From: Fimbriosthenelais zetlandica
Taxonomy: Eukaryota
NCBI GenBank assembly: GCA_977030845.1
Contig: OZ365117.1
Location: 5,704,001-5,768,000, forward strand
Length of the DNA: 64,000 bases
Reading direction: 5' to 3'
The translations under genes and the position numbers were made by a program. The notes below the pieces were generated by a model. The model was not told the DNA's origin and did no database searches. It was given only the letters and a program-made list of their open reading frames with translations. Of this stretch, positions 58,701 to 64,000 are shown piece by piece (the stretch's first letter is position 1; the number at the start of each line of letters is the position of its first letter).

Positions 58701-61700
58701 TTTGGGGTAGGTGCACTTTTACAAAGCACAGGGTGAAATCTATTTGGTCCCTTTCTGTGAGGCGACATGGTGCTATATCCAAATTCATTCATTCATATAT
58801 ACATTCATTCATTCTTATATTCATTCATATATTCATTCATCCATCCATCCATCCATCCATCCATTCGTTCACTCAGTCATTCATTCATCAATAATTCATT
58901 CATCCATAATTCATTCATCCATTCCTTTCATTCATTCAGTCATTCATTCTCTTTCTCACAGGTGAAGTCGCTTTATCAGAAGATAGCTAATCAGAGCACT
59001 TCACTGAAGGGTCTGTGGGCGGCCAAGTTGAACCTGAGTGGCCGTGGTGAGATGGCATCCCGGGAGGACATGGCCCGGTACGACCAGAAGATGAGCGAGC
59101 TCGACACTGAGCTGGAGAGGAGACAGAAACTGGGTCTGAAATTCCAGGAGGTGCAAGAGAGGATTCTCAAACTGCAGGATGAGGATGAGACTTCACGCAG
59201 AGAACATCAGGTCAGTCTATGTTTCCTATCTTGATTTGGTCGTTTCTTGTCCCTCCTCTCTTCATTTGGTCGTTTCTTGTCCCTGCCTTGTGTCTCCCTT
59301 GTGGAGAGAGGCCAACCATGTCTCCCACTGTCTATGGTGAGAGGCATGTGAAAAGCCAGCCATGTCTCCATTCAATTGGAATGAAATAAAATTTTGGTTA
59401 TTTTTCAAAATTTTTTAAACCTGTCCAAGAAATCGAAATTTCTTCCATTTCCCAACTTTATCAATACCAATCAAAAATCACTTGCACCTACTCTAGAACA
59501 CCCCACAGACTGCCTGAGATGACTTAAAGTCAATTGGAATGAAATAAAATTTTGGTGATTTTTCAAACTTTTTTAAACCTGTCCAAGAAATCGAAATTTC
59601 TTCCATTTCCCAACTTTATCAATACCAATCAAAAATCACTTGCACCTACTCTAGAACACCCCACAGACTGCCTGAGACGATTTAAAGTCAATTGGAACGA
59701 AATAAAATTTTGGTGATTTTTCAAACTTTTTTACAGGTCCCGACCTGTTCAAGAAATCGAAATTTCTTCCATTTCCCAACTTTATCAATACCAATCAAAA
59801 ATCACTTGCACCTACTCTAGAACACCCCACAGACTGCCTGAGATGATTTAAAGTCAATTGGAATGAAATAAAATTTTGGTGATTTTTCAAACCTTTTTAC
59901 AGGTCCCGCCCGACCTGTTCAAGAAATCGAAATTTCATCCATTTCCCAACTTTATCAATACCAATCAAAAATCACTTGCACCTACTCTAGAACACCCCAC
60001 ATACTGCCTGAGATGATTTAAAGTCAATTGGAATGAAATAAAATTTTGCTTATTTTTCAAACTTTTTTACAGGTCCCGACCTGTTCAAGAAATAGAAATT
60101 TCTTCCATTTCCCAACTTTATCAATACCAATCAAAAATCACTTTCACCTACTCTAGAACACCCCACAGACTGCCTGAGATGATTTAAAGTCAACTGGAAA
60201 GAAATAAAATTTTACTGATTTTTCAAACTTTTTTACAGGTCCCGACCTGTCCAAGAAATCGAAATTTCTTCCATTTCCCAACTTTATCAATACCAATCAA
60301 AAATCACTTGCACCTACTCTAGAACACCCCACAGACTGCCTGAGACGATTTAAAGTCGATTGGAATGAAATAAAATTTTGCTTATTTTTCAAACTTTTTT
60401 ACAGGTCCCGACCTGTTCAAGATATCGAAATTTCTTCCATTTCCCAACTTTATCAATATCAATTAAAAATCACTTGCACCTACTCTAGAACACCCCACAG
60501 ACTGCCTGAGACGATTTAAAGTCGATTGGAATGAAATAAAATTTTGCTTATTTTTCAAACTTTTTTACAGGTCCCGACCTGTTCAAGATATCTAAATTTC
60601 TTCCATTTCCCAACTTTATCAATATCAATCAAAAATCACTTGCACCTACTCTAGAACACCCCACAGACTGCCTGAGATGATTTAAAGTCAACTGGAATGA
60701 AATAAAATTTTGCTTATTTTTCAAACTTTTTTAGAGGTCCCGACCTGTTCAAGAAATGGACATTTCTTCCATTTCCCAACTTTATCAATACCAATCAAAA
60801 ATCACTTTCACCTACTCTAGAACACCCCACATACTGCCTGAGATGATTTAAAGTCAATTGGAATGAAATAAAATTTTGGTGATTTTTCAAACTTTTTTAT
60901 AGGTCCCGACCTGTTCAAGATATCTAAATTTCTTCCATTTCCCAACTTTATCAATACCAATCAAAAATCACTTGCACCTATTCTAGAACACCCCACAGAC
61001 TGCCTGAGACGATTTAAAGTCGATTGGAATGAAATAAAATTTTGCTTATTTTTCAAACTTTTTTACAGGTCCCGACCTGTTCAAGATATCGAAATGTCTT
61101 CCATTTCCCAACTTTATCAATATCAATTAAAAATCACTTGCACCTACTCTAGAACACCCCACAGACTGCCTGAGACGATTTAAAGTCGATTGGAATGAAA
61201 TAAAATTTTGCTTATTTTTCAAACTTTTTTACAGGTCCCGACCTGTTCAAGATATCTAAATTTCTTCCATTTCCCAACTTTATCAATACCAATCAAAAAT
61301 CACTTGCACCTACTCTAGAACACCCCACAGACTGCCTGAGATGACTTAAAGTCAATTGGAATGAAATAAAATTTTGGTGATTTTTCAAACTTTTTTAAAC
61401 CTGTCCAAGAAATTGAAATTTCTTCCATTTCCCAACTTTATCAATACCAATCAAAAATCACTTGCACCTACTCTAGAACACCCCACAGACTGCCTGAGAC
61501 GATTTAAAGTCAATTGGAACGAAATAAAATTTTACTGATTTTTCAAACTTTTTTACAGGTCCCGACCTGTTCAAGAAATCGAAATTTCTTCCATTTCCCA
61601 ACTTCATCAATACCAATCAAAAATCACTTGCACCTACTCTAGAACACCCCACATACTGCCTGAGATGATTTAAAGTCAATTGGAATGAAATAAAATTTTG

Positions 61701-63872
61701 GTTATTTTTCAAACTTTCTAAAAAAGACTTGGTGATTTGGAATAGCAAATTTAGATAGCTGAATGGAACTATTCACTCACTCACTCACTTACTCACAATA
61801 TATTGCAGGTCTCCTATGTAAGTTAACATTGACTTACTCTCCACCATTATCTTACAGGTATCTTACGACTCCTCACACCGTGAGTGTAGCCGTATTGTTA
61901 AGGAGCACCAGGCCAAGCTTTACCGTGGTCAGTTACAGTCAGACACTGGACACTTTGATGGCGACCAGCACCACATGGTCATCACCCGGGCTGGAGTCCT
62001 ACTCCAGAGGATGTCCGGAGACTTGACCACAGAGTGTGAGAGACTCGGGGCCTGGGGTGTACTGGGTCAAGGTACAGGTGGTCAACTGATTGACCCAGGC
62101 ACTGGTCAACCTGCTGAGAGGGAACAACTAGTGGGTAAGTTGGATTCCCATTTAAATCATTTTTAAATTATTATTTCACATGTCACTGTGCGCCCTGGTT
62201 TTATGTAGATTTCTATGTGAGAGACGAAGCATTCAAAGTCTAAACCCACCAATACTACCACTGTACTGACTACCTAAAAAATATTATTTTTCACATTAAA
62301 TCAACCCCCTAATCTAGGGTGGTCCTGCGTAATAATGAGAGGAATTTTGATCTTTAAGTAGATTTCCTGTTGGATGGGGAGTATCATAGGCAACCCCTTG
62401 GATATACCCTTGAATATTATGCTCCAGATAGCCTGAGACCATATTGAAAATGTATCATTAAAATGTCCTCTTGTTCACAGGATCAGATCTAGGTATGAAA
62501 TCTCCTAACCTCGTCCACGTGGACAATGTGACAGGCCTTATAGTGCCCAACTCAGACATGAAGATGTTGGTGAACAGTGGGGGGATTTTAGATGTCCCTG
62601 ACAACTTCTGTCTCCACCCACAGACTGGTCACCTGCTACCTATAGATGGCAATATCTCCTACGATCCACTAGCTTCCAAACTAGTCTTCACCATCGATAC
62701 AGCCATTGGTAAGACTCTAAACTTCATACACTTATTATTATGGGTTAGCTATACTGGGGGTTCTTTTGCCTTGAGAGTGTTGCGATTTTGTTGCTGTTGT
62801 GACTGATATTTCTATGGTTGTACCCGCCATACCACTCGTAAATAGATCATTGCATAAGCACCCATCGCAAATAGCAATCCCCTGCTTGGTCAGTTGTTGG
62901 CAAATGCAGAAAAACATCCAGTGGAGCGACCCAAAATTAACAGGAGTTTGGTACTAAACTTACAACATGCATTCACAATTTTAACATTTTCTTTTGATCC
63001 TTTTTTCAGGTGAAGCATGTAGGACTGAGGAAGCCCTTATTCCATTCATCAAGTACCCAGTCCACCCTGACACTGGATCACCCATCCCCACCAAGTTCTC
63101 CCCACCCAGACATAAACGCGACCTCTCCTTGGGATCCAACATGGCCGACCCTCAGACTGGGCTGCACGTCCCTGTCGTTGCCGTGACCATCGACCCTCAG
63201 TCTGGTGCCATCTTGCTTGTCGGTGGGACGCACATTGACCCTGTGACGACACTTCCGGTTGCCATAGATATCGGTGGACTGATGCTTGACCCCGAGACCA
63301 ACACGCCCGTACCCATCCTTTCAGTGGACATCGACCCTGATACAGGTTGGTTAAATCTTTGAATGAACAAGTCTTTTTGACATGGAACTTCAAACTACTT
63401 CAAAATCTCATATTCAACAGAATCCAAACAGTTCTGGAGATTTTGTAGGCTATTTACCAAATTGTAACCGCTTAGCCAGACAGAAAGTTCTATAGACTAC
63501 CATACACAATTTCGATCAGTTTAATTCAGCTTACTTCAGTTTTTGGGACTATTTGATTATGTCAAACACTGTAGTTCTCTCATCCCATTATTCAAATATA
63601 ACTGAACTGTTAAAACGCTCTTCTTACTCCAGGATTAGCAGTACCAGTAGGTGGAACCCGTGCCACTGAACAAGGCCCAGTGCCACTGGTACCTGGTGAG
63701 ACGTTCATGGAGATCATGAGCGGGAAGTCAGTGCGGGTGGCGGGAAGCTACAGTCATGATGGTCAGGTGCTGCCGTCTGCTGGATCATATCAGACCATGC
63801 TCGACTCTGTCTGTATGGCGTGTGAGGCCAGGGTTCTAGATGCCTTCAGACAGTATGTCGATGCCTTATCAG
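94..63872 (+). CDS. Giant multi-exon gene, partial at both ends: Cys-rich repeat (GCC2-GCC3 / Ephrin_rec_like / TNFR-like) single-pass membrane protein; 118 exons, ~7,950 aa in window
   Basis: Exons traced by AG/GT boundaries with continuous phase (window opens in a phase-1 intron): 94-219,365-434,518-633,716-832,1115-1330,1437-1583,2037-2208,2621-2763,3640-3901,4160-4344,4704-4940,5366-5473,5895-6089,6378-6584,6852-6989,7646-7816,8270-8419,8563-8685,8853-8994,9100-9239,9459-9676,10145-10337,10703-10885,11143-11343,11555-11774,12526-12872,13264-13402,13556-13650,13769-13912,14292-14636,15073-15334,15691-15971,16611-16850,17240-17401,17664-17832,18157-18335,18559-18714,18997-19226,19551-19788,20243-20476,20854-21021,21351-21638,21962-22201,25075-25236,25625-25792,26036-26269,26714-26896,27246-27518,27712-27858,28174-28449,28909-29160,29499-29801,30042-30290,30556-30777,30972-31234,31499-31776,31873-31931,32194-32427,32736-32888,33188-33391,33791-33958,34312-34594,35129-35379,35600-35737,35859-36048,36250-36431,36790-37014,37349-37492,37581-37777,37862-38030,38311-38472,38828-39160,39452-39673,39930-40040,40177-40413,40704-40829,41126-41423,41733-41883,42248-42422,42765-42887,43177-43393,43812-43990,44168-44347,44448-44620,44840-45017,45282-45419,45571-45726,46012-46260,46375-46527,46810-47004,47175-47560,47926-48042,48403-48757,48947-49105,49361-49592,49856-50055,50487-50657,50941-51066,51459-51659,51926-52183,52642-52854,53441-53584,53963-54320,54713-54864,55036-55170,55261-55506,55625-55804,56084-56475,56586-56950,57045-57207,57548-57736,57988-58174,58396-58550,58962-59210,61858-62134,62481-62708,63010-63345,63633-63872. 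Summed length ~23,874 nt; I saw no in-frame stop. The + strand ORF-track entries with CPxGxYC are fragments of these exons. Confidence 0.93.
1624..1873. repeat. (GA)n microsatellite flanking assembly gap 1690-1827
   Basis: Pure GA runs on both sides of the N run. Confidence 0.95.
3048..3165. mobile_element. 118-bp near-palindromic element (MITE-like hairpin)
   Basis: TAGACCCTTTGTTGGTT...AACCAACAAAGGGTCTA and inner CCCGTCTAGTGCGTA...TACGCACTAGACGGG are inverted; the ends fit a TA (or AAT) target duplication. Confidence 0.7.
4388..4615. mobile_element. MITE family TAAAGGGGCACTATCACG (full copy; deleted copy 52912-53015; 3'-truncated copy 57761-57905)
   Basis: TIRs TAAAGGGGTACTATCACG / CGTGATAGCGCCCCTTTA; shared internal TTCATTTTGA..GTCATA(C/T)CATCC(G/A)CAGATTTAAG in all three copies. 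Confidence 0.8.
7060..7500. repeat. Degenerate ~20-21 bp minisatellite CATCCCTTGG-x-AGGGGTGGC
   Basis: About 20 imperfect copies of the CATCCCTT(G/A)G core in intron 15. Confidence 0.85.
7817..8018 (+). repeat. 30-34 bp tandem repeat in which each unit starts with a GTAAGT splice donor
   Basis: Unit GTAAGTTTGTCTCATTTCT(GCT/TCT/ACT)nATTGTCTG; GTAAGT at 7817, 7850, 7880, 7913, 7946, 7979 and 8013. Confidence 0.95.
9697..9935. repeat. 17-bp TATCCAAACTGAATCTG tandem plus local duplication
   Basis: About 6 copies at 9697-9810; ATGTCAAATCATGTGAACAGGC...GGACAACTGAAAAATCTTC occurs twice (~9808 and ~9885). Confidence 0.8.
10908..11092. mobile_element. Dispersed repeat with degenerate TTAGGG core and GGGGGCGCAG/CCCCCTAAATCC end; related inverted copy at ~16030-16145
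   Basis: GCTTAAAACCTAGG (~11015) is the reverse complement of CCTAGGTTTTAAGC (~16097); the CTGCGCCCCC..CTAAA end matches TTTAGTGGGGGCGCAG. Confidence 0.55.
11828..12451 (+). repeat. Tandem array of 38-bp (13x) and 30-bp (4x) units resembling the 5' half (D-arm / A box) of a tRNA or tRNA-SINE head
   Basis: Unit CACCAGCTCATTCAGGGAGTTAGCTCAGTAGGTGAGAG; the first copy reads GGGAGTTAGCTCAGTAGGTTAGAGCACC. Confidence 0.9.
13049..13215. other. Assembly gap inside intron 26
   Basis: N run; the flanking exons join in phase as GLAAVTG-ACSAGYYC. Confidence 0.95.
15073..49592 (+). CDS. Exons 31-95: ~680-695 aa Cys-rich super-repeat, about seven copies
   Basis: Marker (F/Y)Q(D/N)xxxxxxCKxC recurs in exons at 17240, 25075, 30042, 35129, 39452, 44448/44840 and 48947, with spliced spacings of 688, 689, 685, 680, 691 and 682 aa. 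Marker GTGxxWxxCPxG(T/S) and its variants recurs six times with 677-694 aa spacing. Confidence 0.85.
19322..19435 (+). repeat. Dispersed 44-bp minisatellite CATGTAAAAGGCCAGCCATGTCTCCCACTGTATGTGGTGAGAGG (also 1-22, 42510-42715, 42960-43035, 59300-59370)
   Basis: Unit starts at 42566, 42610, 42654 and 42698 give a 44-bp period; five loci, all in the same orientation. Confidence 0.85.
21040..21091. repeat. (ATTC)n microsatellite
   Basis: Direct reading. Confidence 0.95.
21103..21305. mobile_element. MITE family GGGACTCCACTGCTGCGA, copy 1
   Basis: Long imperfect TIRs (GGACTCCACTGCTGCGACAGTTCTTGCGACACTACAGCGACAAAGGT / ACCTTTGTCGCTGTAGTGTCGCAAGCACTGTCGTAGCAGTAGAGTCT); central AAGTGTCTAAGGCCTTAAGG; TA at both ends. 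Confidence 0.85.
22235..24724 (+). repeat. Satellite array 1: 15 x 166-bp monomer in intron 43
   Basis: GACCTGTAAAAAAG starts at 22235, 22401, 22567, 22733, 22903, 23069, 23235, 23401, 23567, 23733, 23899, 24065, 24231, 24398 and 24564. Confidence 0.97.
24773..24988. mobile_element. MITE family GGGACTCCACTGCTGCGA, copy 2
   Basis: TIRs AAGCCGGGACTCCACTGCTGCGATTTTGCTTGC / GCAAGCAAAATCGCAGCAGTGGAGTCCCGGCTT; lies 50 bp after satellite array 1. Confidence 0.9.
28491..28801. repeat. 23-bp tandem repeat TTCTAGCAGAGTTTAGGGCCCGA, ~13 copies
   Basis: Direct reading in intron 50. Confidence 0.95.
29282..29313. repeat. (GAAT)n microsatellite
   Basis: Direct reading. Confidence 0.9.
31263..31341. mobile_element. 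MITE family TAGCCTGAACCCACTGAGCTACGATCT, 79-bp internally deleted copy
   Basis: TIRs TAGCCTGAATCCACTGACCTACGATCT / AGATCGTAGCTCAGTGGGTTCAGGCTA; solo ends at 6614-6643 and 44681-44695. Confidence 0.85.
33459..33674. mobile_element. MITE family TAGCCTGAACCCACTGAGCTACGATCT, 216-bp copy (related reverse copy 53660-53871)
   Basis: Same TIRs; internal TTCATTCCACATACTTTT matches the reverse complement of AAAAGTATGTGGAATGAA at ~53709. Confidence 0.85.
39258..39331. repeat. Imperfect (TC)n microsatellite
   Basis: Direct reading. Confidence 0.85.
39722..39853 (+). mobile_element. 5'-truncated SINE-like fragment (second, longer copy 52190-52372)
   Basis: Both copies share CATGATA(G/C)CTCAGTGAGG(C/A)AGCACTAT(A/T)AAAGAGCATAGGGCT..CTGTCACAA(A/G)TAGGCAC..TCATGATA....TGAAAAATTGTTGAAAGTGAC(G/A)TTAA; no TIRs; the 3' end recalls lophotrochozoan MetaSINE/RUDI-type tails (from memory, unverified). 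Confidence 0.65.
40415..40619. mobile_element. MITE family GGGACTCCACTGCTGCGA, copy 3 (reverse orientation), inserted in a splice donor; left-arm fragment at 33992-34054
   Basis: Exon ends 40413; the intron begins G-TA-AGGCCGGGACTCCACTG; the right end is CAGTGGAGGACAGCCT-TA at 40618-40619. Confidence 0.85.
42081..42192. repeat. 42-bp tandem repeat, ~2.7 copies
   Basis: CAGGCTTTGGGGTCTCAGAGGCTTGAAATCTTCCCCTTGGAA repeated. Confidence 0.9.
44348..44447 (+). other. GC-AG intron (100 nt)
   Basis: AAAG|GCAAGT donor restores CEK-G-YYC; the nearest GT (44352) gives a frameshift and stop. Confidence 0.85.
46711..46791. repeat. (ACTC)n microsatellite (shorter run at ~61773-61795)
   Basis: Direct reading; ends ~18 nt before the acceptor at 46809. 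Confidence 0.95.
50076..50338. mobile_element. MITE family TAGGG(T/A)AGCTCCACT; related degenerate copies ~32975-33130, ~38090-38240, ~54445-54645, ~62754-62935 (reverse)
   Basis: TIRs TAGGGAAGCTCCACT / AGTGGAGCTACCCTA; shared AGTGTAACTG....A.GGG.TTGCTATTTG core. Confidence 0.7.
51190..51398. mobile_element. MITE-like element GACTCCACTG...CAGTGGAGTC; reverse copy at ~18760-18950, related fragment ~16256-16420
   Basis: TTCCATTAGAAATTCAAGGGCTACAAGGACCGCAA (~51262) is the reverse complement of TTGCGGTCCTTGCAGCCCTTGAATTTCGAATGGAA (~18863). Confidence 0.7.
53173..53382. mobile_element. MITE with TIR TAAGCCTGGAATACACT
   Basis: TAAGCCTGGAATACACT / AGTGTATTCCAGGCTTTA; contains the CCTAGGTAAGGCTAACC motif also seen at ~57390, ~48220 and ~25338. 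Confidence 0.7.
56084..57670 (+). CDS. Exons 108-111: non-repetitive juxtamembrane ectodomain (distinct Cys cluster, RRRLL motif, NLYNTNDKFDYGGFR...FAYQFNDPGAYAFY segment)
   Basis: Translation of 56084-56475, 56586-56950, 57045-57207 and 57548-57670; the CPxG repeat pattern is lost here. Confidence 0.85.
57302..57489. mobile_element. MITE with TIR GGGCCCA(C/T)ACAGAGGCGATTTG; collapsed copy at ~5545-5582
   Basis: TGGGCCCACACAGAGGCGATTTGCCCATGCGAT / ATCGCTTGGACAAATCGCCTCTGTATGGGCCC. Confidence 0.7.
57671..57996 (+). CDS. Single transmembrane helix WLVILILLAAVFLVMVIIVLAL|VLF followed by RKYGW
   Basis: 25 consecutive hydrophobic residues across exons 57548-57736 and 57988-; basic residues directly C-terminal (positive-inside rule) imply type I topology. 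Confidence 0.9.
57997..63872 (+). CDS. Exons 112-118: cytoplasmic tail (>550 aa, continues past window) with coiled coil and DPxTG-type repeats
   Basis: Coiled-coil-like REDMARYDQKMSELDTELERRQKLGLKFQEVQERILKLQDEDETSRREHQ (58962-59210); DPGTG, DNVTG, HPQTG, HPDTG, DPQTG, DPQSG, DPVTT, DPETN, DPDTG in 61858-63872. The last exon ends in a phase-1 donor with no stop. Confidence 0.85.
58784..58948. repeat. Compound (TTCA)n/(CATC)n microsatellite forming the pyrimidine-rich tract before acceptor 58961
   Basis: Direct reading. Confidence 0.9.
59373..61720 (-). repeat. Satellite array 2: 14 full + 1 partial monomers of the same 166-bp satellite, reverse orientation, in intron 114
   Basis: CAATTGG-type starts at 59373, 59531, 59689, 59855, 60025, 60191, 60357, 60523, 60689, 60855, 61021, 61187, 61353, 61511 and 61677; three monomers are 158 bp and one is 170 bp; reverse complement of array 1. 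Confidence 0.97.
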
Positions 63873-64000
63873 GTACAGTTATTTATTAAAGTTCATGACA
63901 ATTTCAAACCATCACTTTCCTTTGTTAAAACTGCAACCTTACCTAGACAAAAGATCCTTGATATTACTTATAATGGTGCCTTCTGACTACCTGTACTACT

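Noticed and set aside
63108-63119. Furin consensus RHKR
   Set aside because: Lies C-terminal to the only TM helix, i.e. cytosolic under the inferred topology.
1-64000. Autonomous transposon, retroelement ORF, nested gene or promoter
   Set aside because: No intron has room or coding signal for a transposase or RT; the two longest introns are filled by satellite. The gene start lies upstream of the window.

Overview
Eukaryotic (animal-like, spliceosomal introns) genomic window with two assembly gaps (N runs 1690-1827 and 13049-13215). Essentially the whole window is the interior of one giant + strand gene. By hand I traced 118 coding exons (94..63872, about 23.9 kb of CDS, about 7,950 aa) that splice into one continuous frame; start and stop codons both lie outside the window. 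The predicted product is a type I membrane protein. Its ectodomain (>7,400 aa in the window) is mostly Cys-rich CPxGxYCP / CxxCxxGxYC repeats (GCC2-GCC3 / Ephrin-receptor-like / TNFR-like class), and the core is a ~680-695 aa super-repeat seen about seven times. A non-repetitive juxtamembrane region with an RRRLL motif follows, then one TM helix and a cytoplasmic tail (>550 aa) with a coiled coil and DPxTG repeats. Introns carry several MITE families, SINE fragments and mini/microsatellites. They also hold two ~2.4 kb arrays of the same 166-bp satellite in opposite orientation. Several repeats overlap splicing signals: a tandem array of in-frame 5' splice sites, a MITE inserted into a donor, and a satellite whose units look like cryptic last exons. 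There is also one GC-AG intron. No RNA genes, CRISPR arrays or autonomous transposon ORFs were found. All coordinates and counts were made by eye and should be confirmed computationally.
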